From contig CAVQYR010000001.1 of assembly GCA_963718235.1 (NCBI GenBank), positions 1,472,001-1,536,000 of the forward strand: a DNA stretch of 64,000 nt, read 5' to 3'. The position numbers and the translations under genes were made by a program. Shown one piece after another: positions 20,292-29,022 of the stretch (position 1 is the stretch's first letter; every line of letters begins with the position of its first letter). The stretch comes from an uncultured Actinomycetota bacterium (GTDB lineage Bacteria; Actinomycetota; Actinomycetes; JAHEKZ01). Below the pieces are notes generated by a model that saw only the letters and a list, made by a program, of their open reading frames with translations, had not been told where the DNA came from and made no database searches.

Positions 20292-21116
20292 TCAGCCCCC
20301 GACGACGACGTCGGGCTCGACGAACGAGACCGGGGCCGCGAAGGCGGCCCGTCGGGCGGTACGACGCAGGGTACGCAGGACGGGGGCGCCGAGGACGAGC
20401 ACCAGCACCGTGTTGCCGACTGCGCGCGGGATGTCGAAACCGAGGGACGTCGCGAGCGTGTAGGCGAGCAGGCGGCCGGCGTTGTCGCCCACCGGGGCCC
20501 CCGCCACGAACGCGAGGTCGCCGCCCGTCGCGACGAACGGCCAGAACCAGAGGTTGAGCAGCAGCCCGTAGACCAGCCCCCCGACCCCCGCGTACCCGGC
20601 GACGAGAGCCACCTCTCGACGTCCGGTCGCGCGCGGCAGGAGTCCCGCCCCCAGACCGAGCCAGGCTGCGGCGAACATCTGGAACGGCAGCCAGGGGCCG
20701 ACCCCGCCAGTCACCAGCGCCGAGGCCAGCGTCGACGTGGCCCCGAGGGTGAACCCGAAGCCCGGCCCGAAGGCGCGACCGGCGAGCACGATCACCACGA
20801 ACATCGGCTGGAACCCGGTGACGCCCCCGCTCAGCGGCCGCAGCACGGCGGCCAGCGCGGACAGCACCCCCAGCAGCGCCACCGCCTTGGCGTCCATCGC
20901 ACCGTCGGCGACCTCGGCGAGCACCACGGCCAGCAGCATGGGCAGCAGCAGCACGAACAGCCATGCGCCGTCCGGCTGCTGCGCGAGCAGCGCGCCGTCG
21001 TCGACCAGGAACGGCCAGCCGAACGCGAGCAGCCCGACGGCAGACACGAGGCCGATCACCAGGGTGGACCGACGGCCGAGGCGGACGGCGCGCACTGGCG
21101 CCAGGCGGGGACTCAT
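20292..21116 (-). CDS. ECF transporter S component (CbrT-like)
   Basis: DAKAVALLGVL, GRAFGPGFGF, TGGVGPWLPFQM; ATG overlaps the ATPase stop. Confidence 0.88.
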   Translation of the reverse strand: MSPRLAPVRAVRLGRRSTLVIGLVSAVGLLAFGWPFLVDDGALLAQQPDGAWLFVLLLPMLLAVVLAEVADGAMDAKAVALLGVLSALAAVLRPLSGGVTGFQPMFVVIVLAGRAFGPGFGFTLGATSTLASALVTGGVGPWLPFQMFAAAWLGLGAGLLPRATGRREVALVAGYAGVGGLVYGLLLNLWFWPFVATGGDLAFVAGAPVGDNAGRLLAYTLATSLGFDIPRAVGNTVLVLVLGAPVLRTLRRTARRAAFAAPVSFVEPDVVVGG

Positions 21117-22762
21117 CCGGCCTCCCTCAGGCTCGTCGCGACCTCGCGGACGGTCAGCCACGGCAGGGGGGCCAGCACCTTGGCCACCTGGGGCGCGAAC
21201 TGCGGCGACGCCAGCAGGACCTCGCGAACCGGACCGTCGGCGACGACCTCCCCGTCGGCGAGGACCACGACCCGGGTGGCGGCCTCGGCGACGAGCTCGA
21301 CGTCGTGGGTGGCCAGGACGACCGACCGGCCGGCGGCGGCTCGCTGGGTCAGCAGGTCGACCAGGCGGGACTTGGTCGGGTAGTCCAGGCCCCGGGTCGG
21401 CTCGTCCAGGAGCAGCAGGGGTGGGTCTGCGGCCACGATCACGGCGAGGGCGAGCGCCAGCCGCTGCCCCTCGGACAGGTCGCGCGGGTGGGTGGTGTCC
21501 TCGACGCCCGGGGCCAGGGTCTCGAGCAGCCGCCGGGTGGTTCCTCGGGTGACCGCGGCGTCGTGGTCGGCGTCGGCACACTCGTGCCCGACGGTCTCCG
21601 ACCACAACAGGTCGGCCGGCTCCTGTGGCACCAGCCCGACCAGGCGCACGAGCGCGACCGGCGACAGCGCTGCCGGGTCGTCGGCTCCGACCCGAAGGCT
21701 GCCGCCCGAGGGGTGCGTCAGCCCCACGCAGGTGCGCATCAGGGTGCTCTTGCCCGCGCCGTTGCGGCCCATCAGGGCCACGACCTCGCCCGGGTGCACC
21801 TGCAGGTCGACCTGGTCGAGGGCCGTGGTGGCACCCAAGGTGACGCACAGCCGAGACGCGGTCAGCGACGCGGCGGTCGAGCCGCCCAGGGCCGCCCCTC
21901 GGTCGACCACGGCCGGCGGCGCGAGCTCGTCCAGCCGGGCCCGCAGGAGGGTCGACTGACGGCGGGCGTCGCGCACGCTCACCGGGAGGGGTGCCCAGCC
22001 ATGGGCCCGGGCCAGCTCGACGACCGGCGGCACGATCGGGAGGTCCGGCAGCATCTCGGCCGTCGGGCCGGAGGACACCGTGCCCGAGCCGTCGACCAGG
22101 ATCACCCGGTCGGCGAACTGCACGACCCGCTCGAGCCGGTGCTCGGCGAGCAGGACGGTGAGTCCGAGGTCGTGCACGAGGCGGTGCACGGCCGCCAGCA
22201 CCTCCTCCGCCGCGTTGGGGTCCAGAGCCGAGGTCGGTTCGTCGAGCACGAGCACCTTGGGATGGGTCGTGAGCACCGATCCGATGGCGACCCGCTGCTG
22301 CTGCCCTCCGGAGAGGCTGCGCAGTGGTCGGTCGCGCAGCTCCTGCAGACCGAGCAGGTCGAGGGTCTCCTCGACGCGGCGGCGCATGACGTCCGGCGCG
22401 AGACCGATCGCCTCCATGGCGTAGGCCAGCTCGTCCTCGACGGTGTCCGTGACGAACCCGGCCCGCGGGTCCTGCAGGACGACGCCCACGACGTCGGCCA
22501 GCTCGCGGGGCGGGTGGGTGCGGGTGTCGCGACCGTCGACGGTCACCCGCCCGTGCAGGACGCCGCCGGTGAAGTGGGGGACGAGTCCGTTGACCGCGCG
22601 CAGGAGGGTCGACTTGCCGGCCCCGGTACGACCGACGACCAGCGCGAGCTCACCTTCGGGGACGGTGAACGAGACGTCGCGCAGCACCGGGGCGACCTCC
22701 GGGCCGCTTCGTGGCTGGGCGGGGTCGGGGTAGACCACGGTGACCCGGTCGAAGGTGATCAC
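21113..22762 (-). CDS. ECF transporter double-ATPase subunit
   Basis: Two Walker A motifs (GRTGAGKS, GRNGAGKS), LSGGQQQR and LSEGQ signatures, two DEPT motifs. Confidence 0.93.
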   Translation of the reverse strand: MITFDRVTVVYPDPAQPRSGPEVAPVLRDVSFTVPEGELALVVGRTGAGKSTLLRAVNGLVPHFTGGVLHGRVTVDGRDTRTHPPRELADVVGVVLQDPRAGFVTDTVEDELAYAMEAIGLAPDVMRRRVEETLDLLGLQELRDRPLRSLSGGQQQRVAIGSVLTTHPKVLVLDEPTSALDPNAAEEVLAAVHRLVHDLGLTVLLAEHRLERVVQFADRVILVDGSGTVSSGPTAEMLPDLPIVPPVVELARAHGWAPLPVSVRDARRQSTLLRARLDELAPPAVVDRGAALGGSTAASLTASRLCVTLGATTALDQVDLQVHPGEVVALMGRNGAGKSTLMRTCVGLTHPSGGSLRVGADDPAALSPVALVRLVGLVPQEPADLLWSETVGHECADADHDAAVTRGTTRRLLETLAPGVEDTTHPRDLSEGQRLALALAVIVAADPPLLLLDEPTRGLDYPTKSRLVDLLTQRAAAGRSVVLATHDVELVAEAATRVVVLADGEVVADGPVREVLLASPQFAPQVAKVLAPLPWLTVREVATSLREAG

Positions 22763-23896
22763 ACGACCACCTCGGAGCGGTCAGTCGAGACGGCCGGGGT
22801 GCGTCGCGGGGGGGCAGACCGGTGCTCGACCTGGGCCCGCACAGGCGCTGGAGCCACCCACGCCGGCAGCAGGGCGACCAGGATGCACAGCGAAGGCCAC
22901 GACCGGCAGTGGTGGCCAGGTGCCGGCCGGGGGAGCAAGCACCGACGCCCCCTGTGCCGCCAACCCGGACACCACGACTGCGGGCAGGAGTCCCGACCCG
23001 GCGGTGACCCACTCCGGCCACGCCCACGGGTCGGGTCGGTAGACGGTGCGCACATGTCGTCGTCCGGCCCGGGCCATGCCCCCGACTGCCGACACCGAGC
23101 CGAACAGCACCAGGCCCAGCCCGACCAGCCCGGGGCGGGAGGCGTCGAGCAGGCCGTAGGTGCCCACGAGCACCCCGATCAGTCCACCGATCACCAGGCC
23201 CCCGGTGACCCAGCGTTCGCGGGGTGGCAGGTGCCTCGATCGGCCGTAGCCTCGGGAGTCGAGCGCCGCGGCCAGCAGCAGGGACCGTTCGAGGGCGGCG
23301 TCGAGCACCGGGCGGGCGGTCGCTGCCCAGGCGCGGACCCCGGTGTCGCTGCGGCCCCGCAGACGCCGGGCGTGACGCACCTGCTGGACGTGGCTGACCG
23401 TCTGCGGAACGACCGTCAGCGCGACGACGAGAGCGACGCCGACCTCGTACAGGGCGCCCGGCACCGACTTGAGCAGTCGGGTGGGCGCCGCGAGGGCGCT
23501 CGCTGCGCCGACGCAGACCAGGATCGTGGCCAGCTGCAGTCCGGCGTACACCGCGCCCACGAGCGCCTCCACGGTGACCGGACCGCCGAGGCGTGCGCCG
23601 GCCATCCAGTCCGGCAGGGTGGCCGAGGGCAGGGTGAAGGCGACCGTGCCGGGGACCTCCGGACCGAACAGGGCCTCGAACACCACGCGCACGACGAGGA
23701 CGAGCCCGCCGATCATCACGAATGCCTTGAACGACGACGCCCACGGTGCGTCGGTGCGTCGAGCAGCGACGACGAACCCGGCCACGACGATCAGGGTCAG
23801 CAGGAGCAGGGGGTTCAGCGTCCGCGTGGCGGTGGCGGCCAGACCGAGCGCCCACAGCCACCAGGCCCCGGCGTGCAGGGTCCGCTGGCGGCTCAC
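22759..23896 (-). CDS. ECF transmembrane T component (CbiQ/EcfT), frameshifted near 22890
   Basis: LHAGAWW, ARRLRG, ALDSRGYG motifs; the C-terminus continues in the frame ending at 22759, which overlaps the ATPase GTG. Confidence 0.85.
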
Positions 23897-24819
23897 GCCC
23901 GGGCCCGTCTGCGTCGGGACACCAGCAGCGCGGCGCCGCCCAGAGCGGAGAGGGCGACCACCGCGACGACGACACCGGTCGGGCTGCCGGCCGTGGGCGC
24001 CGGGGGAGTGGTCACGGTCGCGGCGGCGACCGGCGTGGCTTCTGGACCTGACGGGTCCGGGGGAGAGGACCCGGCAGTGCCGGCCGACCCAGGGTTGGCC
24101 CGGTCCGGCTTCCCGGTTGGGTCGTCGGTGCGACCGGGCGAGGTCTTCGGCTGCGGGTGCGGGTCGTTGGTGCGCTCGCCGCTGCCGGCGGAGCCGCCCT
24201 GGGACGCCCCACCGGTGGCTCCCGGAGAGCCGGTGCCCGAGCCTGACCCCGGGCCGGCGCCCGCACCACCGTCGTCGGTGGGCGGATCGCTGACCGGCTC
24301 GCCACAGCCGCGAGCGGGGTAGCCACCGATACCGCAGACCAGGCCGGACTCGACTCGCAGGCTGGCGTAGTCGTCGAGCACGGCGTAGCCGTTGGCCGAG
24401 GTCGGCACGACGGCGCAGTGGGTGACGACCCCTGCTGGGGGGGTCACTCCTGGTGGCGCGTCGGACGCCGAGCCGTAGTCCACGACGAGCGCGACCCGCT
24501 TGCTCCCCGCGACCGGCGGGGTCGAGCCGCACACTGCCGAGAACCCCTTGGCCGTCCGCGGGGGCGCCGTCGACGTGCTGGCCGCGCTCACCGCGAACCG
24601 CCAGCCCTCGACCGCGCCGTCGGCCGGCACCCGTGACGCCCCCACGGTGGCGAAGGACCAGCCGGAGTCGCCGCCGGTCCAGTAGGTCCAGAAGCGGTAG
24701 CTCGTGGCCTCCGCCTCGCCCGGGCCGGCCACGATGCCGACCAGCGCAGCGGCCATCGCGAGCAGCACGACCACCCCGACCCGGGCCGGCCGGGGCGAGG
24801 CGCTGGCGTCAGTGCGCAT
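23893..24819 (-). CDS. SCO2322-family surface-anchored protein (DUF4430/transcobalamin beta-domain-like)
   Basis: Signal peptide, YRFWTYW...DGAVEGWRF, VALVVDYG, LVCGIGGYP, Pro/Gly linker, C-terminal TM helix with RRRR tail. Confidence 0.8.
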   Translation of the reverse strand: MRTDASASPRPARVGVVVLLAMAAALVGIVAGPGEAEATSYRFWTYWTGGDSGWSFATVGASRVPADGAVEGWRFAVSAASTSTAPPRTAKGFSAVCGSTPPVAGSKRVALVVDYGSASDAPPGVTPPAGVVTHCAVVPTSANGYAVLDDYASLRVESGLVCGIGGYPARGCGEPVSDPPTDDGGAGAGPGSGSGTGSPGATGGASQGGSAGSGERTNDPHPQPKTSPGRTDDPTGKPDRANPGSAGTAGSSPPDPSGPEATPVAAATVTTPPAPTAGSPTGVVVAVVALSALGGAALLVSRRRRARA

Positions 24820-24834
24820 GTCCTGGCCTCGCTG

Positions 24835-25933
24835 TCACGACGTGATCGACCCCTGGATGCGGGACACGAGGTCGACACCGTTGACGTCGCGGGCGTCGCC
24901 TCGGGTCGCCCGTTCGGTCAGGACGAGCAGGGCGGCCGCACCGGGCAGCACGAACCGGTTCTTGTCCAGCACGAAGACGCGGACGTCTCGTTCGAGGACG
25001 GCACTGGCCACCCGGACCTGCCGCGGGGCGGTCTGGGCTGCGACGAGTGACAGCACGGCGTTGGCGGTGCTGCCGTAGTCGACCCCCGGGCCGAACACCG
25101 CCGGGATCGTCCCACCGTTGGCCCGCAGCCGGGACGCCAGGTAGGCGGCCGCGGCCTGCCGGGTCGACCCGCGGGAAGCGCCCTTGGCGCAGTCCAGGGG
25201 GGTCGGGGCGGACCAGCTGCGGGCCGGGCGAACCGGAAGCGAGGCCCGGGCCAGGGCTTGCGTGGCCTGGGCCGTGGCGAAGTCGTTGGGCTGGGGGGTC
25301 GCCTGGAGCTGGTAGTCCAGGGCGCCGCGGCTCTCGACCGGCGCGGAGCAGCGCAGCTGGGCCTGACGCAGGAACCCGAACCCCGTCCCGTTGTTGGTCA
25401 CGCTGGCCGGCCCGACCCCCATCGCGACCAGGGCCTGCAGGGCCAGACCGGTGGAGTTCGTGTCCGCGCCCCATCCGCTGCTGTACTCCCACCCACCGCC
25501 ATCGAGCTGGGTGCGCTCCAGCCAGTCGGAGCCCGCGCGTGGCGGCACCGTCACGGCCGAGCCGGTGCAGGGCGATGACCGCGAGGGCAGTCGCGTTGGA
25601 GTCACCGGCCGCGCAGGGGAGGGTCAGGTCCGGACGAAAGGACGTCCAGCGCCCGTTCGGGCACTGCTGGCGCAGCAACCAGCGGACCGCGGCCGGGTCG
25701 ACCCGGCCGCGCGCGGCATGCAGCGCGATCAGGCTGATGCTCTGCCGGTACACGCCGTCGTAGGTGGGGTCCTGCCGACCGTAGAGGCCGGACCGGCTGG
25801 GGTCTGAGACCGCTCGGGGCGCGGACTGCGGTGCCGTCGCGTCCGCGGGGGTGGCGACGACGAGCAGGGTGGCGACGACGGCGAGCGCCATCGTCGCCAG
25901 GGGGCCGGACAACCGGCCGACGGTGCTGTGCAC
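24835..25933 (-). CDS. Secreted prenyltransferase/squalene-oxidase-repeat (alpha/alpha barrel) protein, frameshifted near 25529
   Basis: AGAAAGG RBS and GTG start; LYG-QDPTYDGVYRQS, WLLRQQC-NG, DSNATALA, Q-DGGW, DTNSTGLALQAL. Confidence 0.8.
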
Positions 25934-26094
25934 GGGCGGGCCTTTCTGGTGAGCGATCCCGGACGAGGGCCCGAGAACGCCGCTCACGAGAACGCCCCTG
26001 CCGCCATGGGCTGGCGACAAGGGGCGCGGACTCGGGCTCGGCAGCCCGGGCTCCGCCCCGTGAACCTCGACGGTGTTGGGGAGCCGCTCGTCGG

Positions 26095-26192
26095 CGCCAG
26101 GTGCTCCGGCTCGCCATGTCGCCTGGGGGCGCACGGCCTACGGTTGCGGGTCAGCGCCGGCTTCTGACCGGCTTCCCCTGGACGTCGACGCA
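26095..26192 (-). ncRNA. Cobalamin riboswitch
   Basis: Minus strand reads AGGGGAAGCCGGUCAGAAGCCGGCGCUGACCCGCAACCGU...GAGCCGGAGCACCUGG (B12-element core); upstream of ECF and cob genes. Confidence 0.9.
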
Positions 26193-26299
26193 GTGGAGTT
26201 GTGGTCCGCATCCGACCACGCCAGGGTGGGCCGCGTCAAAGGACTCCCCGAGCGCGGCGCGGGCCGCCGGGGCCTCGGACACGGTCGGCGGGAGCTGCG

Positions 26300-26512
26300 A
26301 TGGACTGGCGTTGGAGATTCGAGACCGCGGACGGAGTCGTCGTCGAGCCAGACGTCGTGCTCGCCGAGCCCTGGCCCTCGCAGGCCGACGCCGAGACCTG
26401 GCTCGGGGAGCACTGGCGGGTCCTGCTGGACGCCGGCGTGGACCAGGTCGTGCTGATGGAGCTCGACCGCGAGGTGTACGGCCCGATGACCCTGCACCCC
26501 CCGACGAGCTGA
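26300..26512 (+). CDS. Small conserved hypothetical protein
   Basis: GGAG RBS; MDWRWRFETADG...SQADAETWLGEHW...YGPMTL. Confidence 0.75.
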   Translation: MDWRWRFETADGVVVEPDVVLAEPWPSQADAETWLGEHWRVLLDAGVDQVVLMELDREVYGPMTLHPPTS

Positions 26513-26525
26513 CCGTCTGCGGACT

Positions 26526-27248
26526 TCACTGGTCGGACGCCCGGCCGGCGATGTCGGCGAGGACCGCGGCGAGCTCCAGCGGGCGCGACCACATCGGCCA
26601 GTGGCTCGTCGGCAGATCGACGTAGGTGACGTCGGACAGCTCGGCGAGCCCGCCGATCCAGGGGTAGCCCTCCCGGACGGCCGCGCGGACCTGCTCGGAC
26701 GGGAAGCCGGTGCAGATCACCGTGGTCGGCACCGCCCGGCGCGCGTCGTTGACCAGGTCGGCCCTCCCGCGCAGGGCCGCGCCCGGCTGGGGCACCGCCC
26801 GGCTCCGGAACGTCTCTAGCTGCTCCTGCGTGAGCCCGTCGAGGTTCTCCTCCTGGGCGAGCTGCTCCAGCGGGGGAAGCGGGAGCTCGGTGGCGTCGAA
26901 GCCCGGGTCGAGTGCTCCCTTGGCCGGGCCGGAGTCGACGTAGACCATCGCGGCGACCTGCTCGGGGACCCGGTCGGTGGCTGCGTAGCCCGGAGCGCCG
27001 GCCCCGCTGTGCACGGCCAGGACGACGGGGCTCCGCGCCGACGCTGCCGCTGCCGCCACCGCGGCACAGATCGCGTCCACGTGGTCGGTGAAGACGACCG
27101 TGGACCGGTCGGTCTCCAGCGACTCGAGGCCGGGCAGGGTCAGCGCGGTGACGAGGTGCCCGTCGGCGCGCAGCGCGTCGGCGACCTCGTCCCACGCCCA
27201 GGCGCCGAGCCAGAACCCGGGGACGAGGACGACCGGTGCGCGGGTCAT
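26526..27248 (-). CDS. Alpha/beta hydrolase
   Basis: VLVPGFWLGAWAW, VHSGAG nucleophile elbow, LPTSHWPMWS. Confidence 0.88.
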   Translation of the reverse strand: MTRAPVVLVPGFWLGAWAWDEVADALRADGHLVTALTLPGLESLETDRSTVVFTDHVDAICAAVAAAAASARSPVVLAVHSGAGAPGYAATDRVPEQVAAMVYVDSGPAKGALDPGFDATELPLPPLEQLAQEENLDGLTQEQLETFRSRAVPQPGAALRGRADLVNDARRAVPTTVICTGFPSEQVRAAVREGYPWIGGLAELSDVTYVDLPTSHWPMWSRPLELAAVLADIAGRASDQ

Positions 27249-27254
27249 GGGCCG

Positions 27255-27276
27255 ACCCTAGGGGTGTGGCCCGACA
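27255..27276 (-). promoter_or_regulatory. PafBC/RecA-NDp-type promoter
   Basis: TGTCGG-gccacacccc-TAGGGT, 6 nt before the ATG. Confidence 0.7.
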
Positions 27277-27286
27277 CTGGCACCGG

Positions 27287-28285
27287 TCAGGCGCGGGGGT
27301 TGGGCGACTCGGTGAGCGCGGGGTCGCGCTCGGCCACGGGGGCCAGCACCGCGTCGATCTGGGCCAGCACGGACGGGTCGAGGGTGAGGCCGGACGCCTT
27401 GGCGTTCTCCCGGATCTGCTCCGGCCGCGACGCACCGACGATGGCGGCTGCGACGTTGGGGTTCTGCAGCACCCAGGCGACCGCCAGCGTGGCCATCGAG
27501 ACCCCGACCTCGTCGGCGATCGGGCGAAGGCCCTGGACGGCGGTGAGCACCTCGTCGGTGAGGTAGTCGGCGAGGAAGCCCCCGGCCTCGGGGTCTGCAC
27601 CGCGCGACCCTTCGGGCGGTGTCTGCCCCGGGAGGTACTTGCCGGTCAGCACCCCCTGGGCCATCGGTGACCACACGATCTGGGACAGCCCCAGCTCGTC
27701 GCAGGTCGGCACGACCTCGGCCTCGATGACCCTCCAGAGCATCGAGTACTCCGGCTGGCTGGACACGAACCGGTCGCAGCCGAGCGTGTCCTGCAGCTCG
27801 ACGCCGTCCCGGATCTGGCCGGCTCGCCACTCCGACACCCCGACGTACAGCACCTTCCCCTGACGGATGAGGTCGTCGAAGGCCCTGACCACCTCGTCCA
27901 GCGGGGCCTCGTGGTCGAAGCGGTGCGCCTGGTACAGGTCGAGGTAGTCGGTGCCCAGTCGCTTCAGTGAGGCGTGGCAGGACTCCATGATGTGCTTGCG
28001 CGACAGACCGCGGTCGTTCACGCCAGGACCGGTCGGCCAGTACACCTTGCTGAAGATCTCCAGCCCCTCCCGACGCTGCCCTTGCAGCGCGTAGCCGAGC
28101 GCGGTCTCCGCCCTGCCCTGGGAGTAGACGTCGGCCGTGTCGAAGGTGGTGATGCCGACGTCGAGCGCGGCATGGACCACGTCACGTGCTGCGGTGTCGT
28201 CGATCTGGGCGCCGTGGGTGAGCCAGTTTCCGTAGGTGATCTCACTGATCTTCAGGCCGCTGCGGCCGAGGCGTCGGTGCTCCAT
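27287..28285 (-). CDS. Aldo/keto reductase
   Basis: DTADVY, GLSRKHI, DLYQAHR, GVSEW, WSPMAQGVLTGKY. Confidence 0.95.
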   Translation of the reverse strand: MEHRRLGRSGLKISEITYGNWLTHGAQIDDTAARDVVHAALDVGITTFDTADVYSQGRAETALGYALQGQRREGLEIFSKVYWPTGPGVNDRGLSRKHIMESCHASLKRLGTDYLDLYQAHRFDHEAPLDEVVRAFDDLIRQGKVLYVGVSEWRAGQIRDGVELQDTLGCDRFVSSQPEYSMLWRVIEAEVVPTCDELGLSQIVWSPMAQGVLTGKYLPGQTPPEGSRGADPEAGGFLADYLTDEVLTAVQGLRPIADEVGVSMATLAVAWVLQNPNVAAAIVGASRPEQIRENAKASGLTLDPSVLAQIDAVLAPVAERDPALTESPNPRA

Positions 28286-28309
28286 GACGCGACCCTAGGG
28301 CGGTGGCTC

Positions 28310-28918
28310 TCACGGCGCGAGCGGGTCGACCTCGCCCTTCAGGGCCTTGCGGCTCCAGCCCACCGCGACCGTGGGCGGGGGCATGCGCCGTTTGCGTGAC
28401 TGGATGGAGCGCTGGAAGGCGTACGGCAGGGTGCCGCGACGGTCGACCTTGTCCGGCACCTCACGCTTCAGCACGCGGCTGAGCCCGGTGAGGGCGATCA
28501 CCGTGTCGACGATGATCAGCAGGTAGTAGCCGAGCAGGAACCACATCGCGAACGCCTTGACCTCCTCGACCGGAAAGACGAGCAGGATCAGGGCGATGAT
28601 CACGGCGGGCCAGAAGAACTCCCCGGCCCCCCGGCGTCCGTCGACGTAGCGACGGGCGATCTTGCGCGACGGACCCTGGTCGCGGGCCGGGAAACGGCGC
28701 TCGTCGCCGGCCTTGATCGCGGCCGTCTGCTCCTCGCGCTCCCGGGTGCGCTCGGCGCGCTCGCGGGCCCGGGCCTCCTTGCGGTCCTTGGGTGGAGCGG
28801 TGCGCTGGCGTCGCGCGGCCTCGGCGTCGCGTCGTTTCGGCGTCGGGTGCCCCTTGCCTTGCGGCTTCTCGAGGCCCTCGACGGCCGGTTCCACGGGGGT
28901 CGTACGGCGTCCGAACAC
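28310..28918 (-). CDS. DUF3043 family membrane protein
   Basis: GKGHPTPKRRDA, GDER-FPARDQGP, YVD-RR, two TM helices, R-RRMPPP. Confidence 0.88.
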   Translation of the reverse strand: MFGRRTTPVEPAVEGLEKPQGKGHPTPKRRDAEAARRQRTAPPKDRKEARARERAERTREREEQTAAIKAGDERRFPARDQGPSRKIARRYVDGRRGAGEFFWPAVIIALILLVFPVEEVKAFAMWFLLGYYLLIIVDTVIALTGLSRVLKREVPDKVDRRGTLPYAFQRSIQSRKRRMPPPTVAVGWSRKALKGEVDPLAP

Positions 28919-29022
28919 CTGCCCAGGCTAGCCCGCCGCACCGCGGGCCCGTACCACCAGCCCGTCCGGGCCGGGCTTAGGCTGAAAACGTCTCGGCGGC
29001 AACGACACTGGAGCGGAGCACG

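Noticed and set aside
20963-24322. Very long opposite-strand ORFs (also 10761-13505, 46601-48913, 32276-34438, 60371-62590)
   Set aside because: Shadow ORFs expected at this GC content; apart from short real genes at the 3' ends of two of them (13197, 48563) they carry no recognisable motifs
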